Shown: positions 22,182 to 34,654 of the stretch, piece by piece | Layout of the letters: each line of letters begins with the position of its first letter | Position numbering within the stretch: the first letter of the stretch is position 1 | NCBI GenBank assembly: GCA_964016885.1 | Contig: OZ024755.1 | Coordinates: 42,594,001 to 42,658,000 of the forward strand | Length of the DNA stretch: 64,000 bases | Source of the DNA: Eledone cirrhosa | Taxonomy: Eukaryota | Reading direction: 5' to 3' | Translations under genes and position numbers: made by a program | The notes under the pieces: generated by a model | The model's database searches: none | What the model was told of the DNA's origin: nothing | The model's input: only the letters and a program-made list of their open reading frames with translations

Positions 22182-25181
22182 TGTTGAAAAAGTTGTGGGT
22201 ATGGTGTGGCGTGCGGTGGCCGGAAGCGGGGGAGTGCTCGACCGGAAGGGTGCTTGGCCGGAATGATGCTCGACCGGAAGGACGCAAGTTTCGGCAGCTC
22301 CCGGTGTTAATGAGTTGGACGCACGTGGAAGAGGAGAAACCAGCAGTGGGATTTAGCGGCGCCTATGAAAAGCGGTAAGTGAGAGAGCTTTTTCTAACCA
22401 CAAGCTATATCGGCACTGGAAACAGATCTGATTGAAAAAAAAAAGCTACTGGAAAAACAGAGAGGAGTCTGTTGTTTTTCTTATCACGTACCGCAAGACA
22501 AATTAGGATGGCGACAAGACTACGAACAAGCGAAGCGATCAGGGCATTTACCGGTGAAGGTGATGTCGCTTGGCTGCGAATAGTCCGGCTGGTCGCAAGC
22601 TTACAGAAGATAGATGTGGCTGGCCTCATGACACTGTACCTCGAGGGGGACGCGTTGGTACTCTTCCTTGAGTTGGATGAACACAGCCAAAGAGATGCGC
22701 AAAAGATTGAGAGGCGCATGATGGAAGCGTTCGCAGAGGGACCGTTAGCCGCTTTTGCTAAGCTGGCAAGAATTAGATGGAACGGCGAACGCGTTGACAT
22801 TTTCGCAGCGGAAATACGGCGATTGGCCATGTTGGCTGGATATCAGGTGGAATGCGAACACAGGGTGCGGTTGGCGTTCATAAATGGATTTCCAGATGAC
22901 ATAGCGGTGAAACTGCAGCAAGTCCCGGGTTACAAAGAAATGGAAATGCGTTCACTGGTGGAACAAGCCCGGATCATAGCAGAAGATGCAAAGAAGAGTG
23001 TAGCGGCGATAGCAACTACAGAGGCTCAAGACAGCTGGCAGCGAAATGGTGAAAGGGAGGCAACCACGGCACGCGGTCGCCCGCAAACGTTTAGAGGTCG
23101 CTGTTTTAGGTGCCAGGGCCAGCACATGGCGAGAGACTGTAGAGAGTCAAGGCCGGAAATAATATGCTACCGGTGTAAGTGACCAGGCCACATCGCTACT
23201 AACTGCGACCAGGGAAACGATCCAAGGGGAACTACTGCGCCGGTAGTTGCCCCTTACGAGTAGAGGCTCTGCCCGTGGTAGAAGTCTTCGTGAGGGGAAA
23301 GCCACAGCGAGCCCTCGTGGACACGGGCTGTACGACGACACTGGTGACCGCGGGGGTGGCACAGAGGTGGAGAGGGAAGAGCAGCGTAAGGGCAGTCGAC
23401 GGCAGGAAAATTGAATGCCGAGGTCGCAGCGAGGTGGAAATAGCGGTACGGGGAAGGAAAATAAGGCTTTCTGCCATCGTAGTTGACAACGTGGTGGATG
23501 GGATTGGCGTGGTTATGGGCATGGACGCAATTGGCCGTCTAGGAGGCGTCACAGTGAACAACGTCGGTGTGTCGTTTGGCGCCGCTGCATCGGTATGCGC
23601 TGGAGAACCAGAAGGCGACAGGAGAACCAGAAGGCCCACGAGGAGAAATACCCCGCTTACACTGTGCAGGACAAAGACTTCAAGGCCGTGTTCGATGGGT
23701 TGTTGAGTGGTACTGGAAGGGAGAACCACTAACACTGAAGACCAAAGTGGGCTGCTATCAACACACATTGAAGGGAAACATTAGGAGCGAGAGGTAGGGA
23801 GATGGATTGAGGAGGGTATACTGCTTCCCTGGAAAGAGGAGGTGAAGTGCGGAGTATTGCCGTTAATGGCGGTGGCGCAACCCACGAAGAACAAGGTGAG
23901 GCCGGTGCTTGACTTTCGTGAGCTGAACGAGTACGTGTCATGCCACACGGGTGGCGAGGTCACGGATGTCTGTGGGGAAACCCTGCGTGAGTGGAGACGC
24001 ATGACGGGGGGGGGGGGGTTCAGCAATCGTAGATCTAAAGTCGGCATACTTGCAATTGCATATATATGAGAAGCTCTGGCAGTATCAGCTGGTCAAGTAT
24101 AAGGGCTGGACATATTACCTGACCAGGCTCGGTTTCGGGCTGAGCTCCGCACCGAAGATCATGACGGTGGTCCTCAAGACCATTCTGGGAAAGGCCGACA
24201 AGATGAAGAGGGCCACTAACTCCTACATTGACGACATCCTAGTGGACGAGTCTGTAGTGTCGGCGGCGGAGGTCACGAGCCATTTACAGGGGTATGGACT
24301 GGCTGTGAAGCGTTGGAGGGAGGAGCCGCGCTGGGACTTAGGCTACGGCGAGACAGGACGGGCGTCTTGGTATTCCAGAGGGGAAATGAAGTTCCAGAAC
24401 TGGGCCCAAGTAAGAGTAGGCGGGAGCTTTTCTCGGTGTGTGGAAAGTTGGTGGGTCACTACCCAATTGCTGGGTGGCTCCGGACGGCATGAAGCTATGT
24501 CAAGAGACGAGTGGGAGAGAGGACGGTGGCCATGATGCAGGAGATCGTGGGGAGGGTGAAGGCCGACGACCCAGTGCGGGGACGCTGGTATGTTCCCAAA
24601 CCGCAGAGCGGAAACGTGTGGTGCGATGCCAGCAGCATAGCGCTGGGTGTCATGTTGGAGATAGGAGGTGTTGAGGTCGAGGATCCAGTCTGGCTTAGAG
24701 AGAAGGACGACTGCAGCCACATCAATGTGGCCGAACTGGACGCAGTGTTGAGAGGGGTGAACCTCGCCCTGAGGTGGGGACTGCACACCATCGAGATACG
24801 CACCGACTCGGCTACTGTACTCGGATGGGTGAGATCAGTGCTCACCAGTGAGAAGAGAGGGGCGGCGGAGATGCTGATAAAGCGCCACCTGGGAACTTTA
24901 GGAAAGCTGGCCACCGAGTTCGACCTGAGGCTGAGCGTAGTTTTCGTGCCCTCAGAGAAAAATAGGGCGAACGTCTTAACTAGGGTGAAGAAAGCCTGGA
25001 TGGAAGCGCCGGAGGAGGTAGAAGATGAGATAGCTGCCGTGTCGGCTGACCAAGTCGGATCTGAAAGGGTTGCATGACATGCACCACATAGGAGTGGATA
25101 GGAGCCTGTTCCTAGCCAGGAATCGACTCGGACATTAACAAACACAGTGTTCAAAGGGTGGTTAGACGCTGCGTCCGATGT
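22182..25181 (+). mobile_element. Decayed Ty3/gypsy LTR retrotransposon truncated in the integrase
   Basis: Gag from ATG 22508 with CFRC..H..C and CYRC..GH..C knuckles, protease LVDTGC, RT YIDD, RNase H WCDAS/AELDA/TDS, integrase HH..CVRC; LTR limits uncertain. Confidence 0.9.
23212..23253 (+). promoter_or_regulatory. gag-pol -1 frameshift signal
   Basis: G GGA AAC in gag frame, 7-nt spacer, hairpin GGGGAACTAC/GTAGTTGCCCC; protease ORF lies in the -1 frame. Confidence 0.75.
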
Positions 25182-27740
25182 CTTGTTGGTGGTCCTGTTG
25201 TCAGGTCGTCGACTGTCTTGTGGTCTTTGCGGAGCCCATACAAGGGTGGTATGCCATTGTTAGACGCCTGGAAGTTGTTGGCAGTGCGTCTGCTTGGCTT
25301 TAGGATGTCGGTCCACATCATCATGTGAGCGTTGAGGATTTTCTCTCTCCCATCATGTATTTGCTGTGCAATTTCGCTCGTGTTGGTGATGTGGGGTTGC
25401 ATAGCCTTGATGTAGTTCGGCATGCTATCTATTGACATCCTACCAGACTTATCCATGGGTAGACATAGTACCTCTCCATCCCTTGTGCGCTGCTTGAGGC
25501 TAACCAAGCCTTCTACAGGTTTCCTCCCAAGTTGTTGGGCCTCTGGTCTGCTCTGTCTCTTAGTATACCGGTCTACTATTTGTCTAATCTTATTTCTAGC
25601 TATGGTGAACTGTGCCTCTGTCTCGTCATCTATTTGTTGTGGTATGCAAACTCTTTTATTAAAGGGTAACCTCGTAGGATAGATATTACCCATCTTATAT
25701 GTTTTGTCAGCTGGGTTTAAGAATAGTTTCTCTAAGGGGTTGTCATTACATCTATCATCGACACAGACGAACTGGGCCTCCTACTTAGACTTACCTACGA
25801 CACTGACTACCTAGACAGCCATGACCTTAGACGTTTCTGCCCCAGTAGACCCATAAGAGGTAGACCCCCCACCATAACCTCAATGGCTAAAAAGACTCCC
25901 ATGGGAAGGTGGATTGGATGGACCAAAGCTATACAGACCCCCCAAAACAATGATCAGGTAGAAAAATGGTCGCACATGCAATAGGGGCTAGTATCAAAAC
26001 TACCCTAAAGGGCCACATATTCAAGTTCAACGAGAAGATCTACACCCAAAATGAGGGAGCAGCCATTGGCGTCAGCATAGCTGGTGACATTGCCAACCTT
26101 TTTATGATATGGTGGGAAAGGATACTTAAAGATCTCCTTAATGAGAGCTCCATTAACCTCATCATGTACTCTCGTTACGTAGACGATATCAATATAGTTA
26201 GAAGAATATCCCCACAAGAGAGCACTAACAAGTTGGATTTAGAACGTAGTACAATGGAAAGCATCCAGCAGATAGCTAATTCCATACACCAGAGTATAAC
26301 TGTAACTATCGACTACCCTTCCAAACACCCTAACAATAGACTACCTGTATTAGACACGGAACTCTGGATTAACACTATAGACGAGAGAGCCGAAATTCTC
26401 CACTCACACTATGCTAAACCCATGGCCTCCAAATACCTGATACTCAAAAACTCAACAATGTCCAGTAGTGGTAAGTTTAATATTCTGATCGCAGACTTGG
26501 TACGAGTGATGAAGAATGTGTCAGAGTATACGAAGGAGCCACGGAGAAGTATAAGACCCTCATAGAACTGGACATTAAAATGAATTTGCCCATTATACAG
26601 GAGCAAATCATGGAATAGATTAGATAGGGCTAGACATAAGATAGGGAAAGCCACCTCATGGTACGACAACCAGAGATACCAGAGTGTCATGTTTGTGGAC
26701 GCTACCCCTGGAGGGAAATTAGCTAACCAGTGTAGAAAGGCCCTGAGAAAGACCCACTTAAAAATAAAGGTGGTAGAAAAGCCAGGAACCACCATAAAAT
26801 CCCTGATCAGCAAAACCTACCCTTTTAAGAAAACCCACTGTACCAATAGGAAATGTATCATATGTAAGGTGAACCCCCGGATAAACTGTAAAACTAGAAA
26901 CGTAGTCTATAGCATAAGATGTACAGAGGGTACTTGCAGAAACATGACAACAACATACATAGGCGAGACAGCTTGTAGCATAGGTGAAAGGATAGACCAA
27001 CACTGGGGGGAACTAAAAGGACGAAAAAACGGTTCAGTACTATATGAACATGCCAGACAACAACACAACGGTAACATAGACAACACAGAACTTAGAATAA
27101 TATCTAAACATAGAAATGACCCAACAGATAGGCAAATCAGAGAGGCCAGTGAAATAGAACTTAGAAGGCCAAGGCTAAACAGAAAGAATGAATGGAATAA
27201 CAACAACACCCAAACAAACAACACTGACCTAAGAGAAGTAAATAAATAGATAAATAAATAAATAAATACATACACAAGCACAATAACAACAAACACATAT
27301 AAACACACACTAGTAAAGATAGAATACATTAACCAATACACAGTCACCCAATCACGAACACACATATCAAACAAAACACTATACACAGACGCAAACGCAT
27401 GCGCAAAGAAGACAAAATAAAATAAACAAATAAATAAATATATAAACAGACTAAATAAAGATGGCGTAGAAAATACAATGCCACGGGAGGAAACAATAGC
27501 ACCACTGACGATGTTGCAGATGTGCAACGAAAGAACTTTGATAAACTATGTATATGTGTTTGTGTCTATATTGTATCTGTATTATTTTTGACCGTTGGTC
27601 AGTCAATAGCAACATTGAGGACAGAATAAATTAGATTACCGATATAAAAGACACAGAAGCGAAAACCAACAAAACAGTGAGTGTGTTCTGTTATTAATTC
27701 TGGCAATATTACACAAATATGACCCTCCCCAAGTATAACT
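25182..27740 (+). mobile_element. Decayed Penelope-like element (Nematis-like, tentative) with inverted 5' part
   Basis: 25182-25790(-) PPLYGLRKDHK..GPPTR; + strand EGAAIG, SRYVDDI, LPVLD, CTNRKCIIC, VVYSIRC..YIGET, LNRKNEW. Confidence 0.85.
27501..27542 (+). ncRNA. Degenerate minimal hammerhead in PLE 3' UTR
   Basis: CTGACGA-t-gttgca(gatg)tgcaac-GAAA-gaac-TT; 6-bp stem II, weak stem I. Confidence 0.6.
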
Positions 27741-27891
27741 ATATATATATATACATAGTATGCTAGGGAAAGGATCAGGGGTGTATAACACTCCACTTAT
27801 CCAGCAGGCAGTATGAGGTTAGCTCAATGTCTGAGGACAGAGCCGTAATATAATAAATAAATAACAAAGAACGCTTATAGCATATGCATAT

Positions 27892-27949
27892 CTTTACTTG
27901 CTAACATTGTTTCATCCGCACTATAAGTGGGACTCATCAGAGCATAAAG
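27892..27949 (-). ncRNA. Hammerhead ribozyme, copy 1
   Basis: Exact reverse complement of 34391-34448. Confidence 0.85.
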
Positions 27950-28519
27950 GTTAATTACATACCATACAAGCAATAACAAATCCAAGACATTGAAGAATGA
28001 AAGGTAATAATAGACGATAGAGGATAAGAATAAAAATAAAAATAAAAGTAAAAATAAAAATAAAAATAAGGGGTGCTATCAGTCACAGTTGGGCGGTGTG
28101 CTGTCAACATATAGTTACATACAAGCATACACATGGATAAGAGAACAGACAAGAGTAGACACATGGATAAGAGAACAGACAAGAGTAGATAAGATAATGG
28201 GATTAGGTAAGAGTAGGTAAAAAATAGGTAAAAAATAGGTAAAAAACAGACTTATAATATATATAAAAAGAAATACAAAGAAATACATAACAAACTTACA
28301 TATAAAATATAAAATATAGGGTAAGGAATGAGATAAAATAATATAAAATTAAAAATTAAAAATTATATACATAGAACATAATATAGTATAATCGTAAAAT
28401 AAGATAAAATAAGGTAAACTAAAATCAAATAACATAGACTAAATTAAAATAATATAATATAAGATATAATTAAAATTAAATGTATAATTATATGTATAAT
28501 TAAATGTAATTAAATGTAA

Positions 28520-28567
<48 letters not shown>

Positions 28568-28636
28568 AAATTAAATAAATAAATAAAATTAAAATTTAAA
28601 TTTTAAAATTTTAAAATTAAAATCTAAATTTAAATA

Positions 28637-28679
<43 letters not shown>

Positions 28680-30189
28680 ATGGAGTCAAGTAAGTAAATA
28701 AATAAAATTAGATAACATGAAATGAAATAAAATAAAATGAAATAAAGTAAATTGAGATAAGATATATATTTTTTTAGAATATATCTCTTGAATATATCAG
28801 GGGCCCACGAAGGCACAAAATGTCACAGTTATGTGTATCACTTGACCAATTTTTAAAAATATATTTCTTGAAAACATCAGGGGCCCACGAAGGCACTAAG
28901 TGTCACAGTCACCAGTATCACTTGACCATTGCAAGGCAATGGAGGCGTCCCAGGTTGGGCAGTCTCGAAAGTTCACTCGAAAGTCATGGGTGTGCATTCA
29001 CACAGTTGAGCGGTGGGGTAATCACAAACCGGTTCACACACGGGCAGGAGTCAAATGGTCAGAGAGGTGCATCAAAGGAGGTAGAAGAATTCACATGCAT
29101 TAGCAAGCGAGGTGAGGTTAAAGCAAGCAGACACAGTTGTAGCGCATACAAAATATATATAAAAAGACAGAAGATATATAAAAAAATAGCTTCAAGAGCC
29201 ATTAAGTCACCGCATTGGGACATCACAAGATTGTACACATCAATATGTTCAGCACGTATATGCACGTATACACACCACATGCATATGCAGAGACGGTATA
29301 CATATATATATATATATATTTTTTTATATATACACACAGACACATATAACCACCTACACCCATACACATATAAATGTATACACGGGCACACACGCACACA
29401 CACACAGCGTAGGACACCCGGGTCAAAGCCGATATTAAATACGATATTAAATACGATATTAAACACCGAAATACCACATTAGACCAGACCCACCACCACA
29501 GGTAATATATTCAAAACAAATACATACGATGAGATGTATTAAAATAAAGTTGAAATCCTACGGAGATATTCATGTCTGCACGTGCCATTGACCGATTCGA
29601 GTGTACACAGACCGTTAGTAACTACGGAGGGCCATCGGGGCCAAAACGTTACTTTCGGGATCATAAAAACGACCGTCAATATAAGGAAGGCCGATCGTGC
29701 TAGAAAGACTACAACCCCGGGTAAGAGCTCCCAGAGGTCAGCCTGTAGATCTTGAACCACAGAATATGAGGGCAACACATATATGCGCCACGTATCCACT
29801 GCTTGCGGCAGGATGGCACGGGTCCGCCACAGTTACAGGCTAAATTTCTACTAGTGCAGCCTAAATCACAGTACACGCTTTACATAAATACATTACATCA
29901 CAACTCATGCGCATACAGAGGTACAGATCAACAAGATATACGTCAGGATAGGTCCACCAATGCACTAATGGTGGGTAGGCCAGCGTGGATGGGTTACATC
30001 CACTGTACCAAACAGGGGTGCTTATTAACATACACTCCCCTGCACACCCCAATATCAAGATCAATATCCTCCCACAGGCATACGTATACATTCACAGACT
30101 CGTATACATAGACGACCAACATTAGGAGACAGTTACACTCAGTCAGAGACAGTTACACAAGACAGCCCAACTGGAGGAATAAGGACGTG

Positions 30190-31089
30190 CTAGCTAACAG
30201 GTTTAAAGTAGAAGAAAGAGCTTAATATTCGGTGGGGGCAAGAGGAAAAAATTTCAGACTTTCTATTTAGTAGAGGGCATTTAGCAAATATAATAGAGTG
30301 GGATTCGGCAAGGCACAGGTTGCATACTCTACTATGAGGAGTATATGGATGGGATTTAGCAACCTGCCGCCAAGTAAGTGTGTAAGGTGTTCGTGCATTT
30401 TTTAAATTATGGATGTACGCTGCCAAGGAGGTGGAGTTCTTCAGTTTATTATGTCTAAAAGTGCATTGATGAGAGTTAAACCTGGTCTTAAAGGGGGTGG
30501 AAGTTGATCCTATATAGGTCATAGTGGACGCCGTAGTTACCACATCACACGCATAAACTATGTTTCTAACAAGGCAGAAACCATTCAGGGGGCAGCCCGA
30601 AGCCCTTCTACAGTTACAACCTCTGGTGATGCTATTCTCAGAAAGATCACCACCAGTGTTACTGCCCACTCTATCCACTACCGTGTTTTCCCCTAGGCTT
30701 AGGTTGTCCAGGCCTTCCTTTATTTTCTTATTATTAGTAATGGCCAGATGAGAGGCCAGATTTTGGGTTGTAGAATACGAAAGTTTAACAACATTCTTAT
30801 TGAGGATAGAGTGGTACCTATTACCAGGAGGGAAGTTCCGTTCTAGCACAGAGAAGAAGGCCCTAGGAATATTTGTAGCCACTTCAGAATTAAAAGGGGG
30901 GTTGAAGTATGTATTCAATCTTCTTCTATTCTTTTTATTCTTTCTATTTCCATCAGTATTATTAGCATTATTATTTCTACGGTTCCTATGCTCACCTAGT
31001 CTATGCGGGGAGCTGCGAGGCCCACCATTGCTATTACTTAGACTAATGGTGCCCTGCTGGTTCATTCCACCGGCATCTAGAAACCTCCC
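30190..31089 (-). pseudogene. 5'-truncated PLE ORF (linker + GIY-YIG) in inverted copy
   Basis: Nearly identical to the C-terminal ~300 aa of 34655-37147. Confidence 0.9.
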
Positions 31090-32190
31090 TTAGCTAGATC
31101 CGGCTTTAGGGACAAATTGTATTACACCCAGGGAAATAATGGTCCTAATAGTAGCTCTACCAGTGTTGTTATAACACATAATATGTCCATTGGTAATCGA
31201 GGTGTCGCGAATGGGAGGGTTCTAAATGCCGGTGGAATGAAACAGCAGGGCACCATTAGTCTAAGTAATAACAATAGAGGTGTCGTGAACGGGAGGTTTC
31301 TAGATGCCGGTGGAATGAACCAGCAGGGCACCATTAGTCTAAGTAATAGCAATGGTGGGCCTCGCAGCTCCCCGCATAGACTAGGTGAGCATAGGAACCG
31401 TAGAAATAATAATGCTAATAATACTGATGGAAATAGAAAGAATAAAAAGAATAGAAGAAGATTGAATACATACTTCAACCCCCCTTTTAATTCTGAAGTG
31501 GCTACAAATATTCCTAGGGCCTTCTTCTCTGTGCTAGAACGGAACTTCCCTCCTGGTAATAGGTACCACTCTATCCTCAATAAGAATGTTGTTAAACTTT
31601 CGTATTCTACAACCCAAAATCTGGCCTCTCATCTGGCCATTACTAATAATAAGAAAATAAAGGAAGGCCTGGACAACCTAAGCCTAGGGGAAAACATGGT
31701 AGTGGATAGAGTGGGCAGTAACACTGGTGGTGATCTTTCTGAGAATAGCATCACCAGAGGTTGTAACTGTAGAAGGGCTTCGGGCTGCCCCCTGAATGGT
31801 TTCTGCCTTGTTAGAAACATAGTTTATGCGTGTGATGTGGTAACTACGGCGTCCACTATGACCTATATAGGATCAACTTCCACCCCCTTTAAGACCAGGT
31901 TTAACTCTCATCAATGCACTTTTAGACATAATAAACTGAAGAACTCCACCTCCTTGGCAGCGTACGTCCATAATTTAAAAAATGCACGAACACCTTACAC
32001 ACTTACTTGGCGGCAGGTTGCTAAATCCCATCCATATACTCCTCATAGTAGAGTATGCAACCTGTGCCTTGCCGAATCCCACTCTATTATATTTGCTAAA
32101 TGCCCTCTACTAAATAGAAAGTCTGAAATTTTTTCCTCTTGCCCCCACCGAATATTAAGCTCTTTCTTCTACTTTAAACCTGTTAGCTAG
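31088..32190 (+). pseudogene. 5'-truncated PLE ORF (linker + GIY-YIG) in direct partial copy
   Basis: Nearly identical to 36045-37147. Confidence 0.9.
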
Positions 32191-34390
32191 CACGTCCTTA
32201 TTCCTCCAGTTGGGCTGTCTTGTGTAACTGTCTCTGACTGAGTGTAACTGTCTCCTAATGTTGGTCGTCTATGTATACGAGTCTGTGAATGTATACGTAT
32301 GCCTGTGGGAGGATATTGATCTTGATATTGGGGTGTGCAGGGGAGTGTATGTTAATAAGCACACCTGTTTGGTACAGTGGATGTAACCCATCCACGCTGG
32401 CCTACCCACCATTAGTGCATTGGTGGACCTATCCTGACGTATATCTTGTTGATCTGTACCTCTGTATGCGCATGAGTTGTGATGTAATGTATTTATGTAA
32501 AGCGTGTACTGTGATTTAGGCTGCACTAGTAGAAATTTAGCCTGTAACTGTGGCGGACCCGTGCCATCCTGCCGCAAGCAGTGGATACGTGGCGCATATA
32601 TGTGTTGCCCTCATATTCTGTGGTTCAAGATCTACAGGCTGACCTCTGGGAGCTCTTACCCGGGGTTGTAGTCTTTCTAGCACGATCGGCCTTCCTTATA
32701 TTGACGGTCGTTTTTATGATCCCGAAAGTAACGTTTTGGCCCCGATGGCCCTCCGTAGTTACTAACGGTCTGTGTACACTCGAATCGGTCAATGGCACGT
32801 GCAGACATGAATATCTCCGTAGGATTTCAACTTTATTTTAATACATCTCATCGTATGTATTTGTTTTGAATATATTACCTGTGGTGGTGGGTCTGGTCTA
32901 ATGTGGTATTTCGGTGTTTAATATCGTATTTAATATCGTATTTAATATCGGCTTTGACCCGGGTGTCCTACGCTGTGTGTGTGTGCGTGTGTGCCCGTGT
33001 ATACATTTATATGTGTATGGGTGTAGGTGGTTATATGTGTCTGTGTGTATATATAAAAAAATATATATATATATATATGTATACCGTCTCTGCATATGCA
33101 TGTGGTGTGTATACGTGCATATACGTGCTGAACATATTGATGTGTACAATCTTGTGATGTCCCAATGCGGTGACTTAATGGCTCTTGAAGCTATTTTTTT
33201 TATATATCTTCTGTCTTTTTATATATATTTTGTATGCGCTACAACTGTGTCTGCTTGCTTTAACCTCACCTCGCTTGCTAATGCATGTGAATTCTTCTAC
33301 CTCCTTTGATGCACCTCTCTGACCATTTGACTCCTGCCCTGTGTGAACCGGTTTGTGATTACCCCACCGCTCAACTGTGTGAATGCACACCCATGACTTT
33401 CGAGTGAACTTTCGAGACTGCCCAACCTGGGACGCCTCCATTGCCTTGCAATGGTCAAGTGATACTGGTGACTGTGACACTTAGTGCCTTCGTGGGCCCC
33501 TGGTGTTTTCAAGAAATATATTTTAAAAAATTGGTCAAGTGATACACATAACTGTGACATTTAGTGCCTTCGTGGGCCCCTGATATATTCAAGAGATATA
33601 TTCTAAAAAAATATATATCTTATCTCAATTTACTTTATTTCATTTTATTTTATTTCATTTCATGTTATCTAATTTTATTTATTTACTTACTTGACTCCAT
33701 TTATTTATTTATTTATTTATTTATATTTAAATTTAGATTTTAATTTTAAAATTTTAAAATTTAAATTTAAATTTTATTTATTTATTTAATTTTTATTTAT
33801 TTATTTATTTATTTATTTAATTACATTTAATTACATTTAATTATACATATAATTATACATTTAATTTTAATTATATCTTATATTATATTATTTTAATTTA
33901 GTCTATGTTATTTGATTTTAGTTTACCTTATTTTATCTTATTTTACGATTATACTATATTATGTTCTATGTATATAATTTTTAATTTTTAATTTTATATT
34001 ATTTTATCTCATTCCTTACCCTATATTTTATATTTTATATGTAAGTTTGTTATGTATTTCTTTGTATTTCTTTTTATATATATTATAAGTCTGTTTTTTA
34101 CCTATTTTTTACCTATTTTTTACCTACTCTTACCTAATCCCATTATCTTATCTACTCTTGTCTGTTCTCTTATCCATGTGTCTACTCTTGTCTGTTCTCT
34201 TATCCATGTGTATGCTTGTATGTAACTATATGTTGACAGCACACCGCCCAACTGTGACTGATAGCACCCCTTATTTTTATTTTTATTTTTACTTTTATTT
34301 TTATTTTTATTCTTATCCTCTATCGTCTATTATTACCTTTCATTCTTCAATGTCTTGGATTTGTTATTGCTTGTATGGTATGTAATTAAC

Positions 34391-34448
34391 CTTTATGCTC
34401 TGATGAGTCCCACTTATAGTGCGGATGAAACAATGTTAGCAAGTAAAG
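34391..34448 (+). ncRNA. Hammerhead ribozyme, copy 2 (about 220 nt upstream of the ORF)
   Basis: ctttatgct-CTGATGA-gtcc cact(tat)agtg c ggat-GAAA-c(aat)g-TT-agca(ag)taaag; predicted cut after 34437. Confidence 0.85.
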
Positions 34449-34654
34449 ATATGCATATGCTATAAGCGTTCTTTGTTATTTATTTATTATATTACGGCTC
34501 TGTCCTCAGACATTGAGCTAACCTCATACTGCCTGCTGGATAACTGGAGTGTTATACACCCCTGATCCTTTCCCTAGCATACTATACGGCTCCCACTGGT
34601 TGAGCTTAAACTTTGATATACGCGGATTTGCGTCCTTGTATATTATCAGGCAGT

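Noticed and set aside
32324-32350. PLE UTR segment resembling the satellite G-strand (possible telomerase-like template)
   Set aside because: Gapped, low-complexity similarity only; insufficient to claim templated synthesis.
33405-33419. Heat-shock-element-like GAAnnTTCnnGAc in the PLE UTR
   Set aside because: Only two perfect units; expected by chance.
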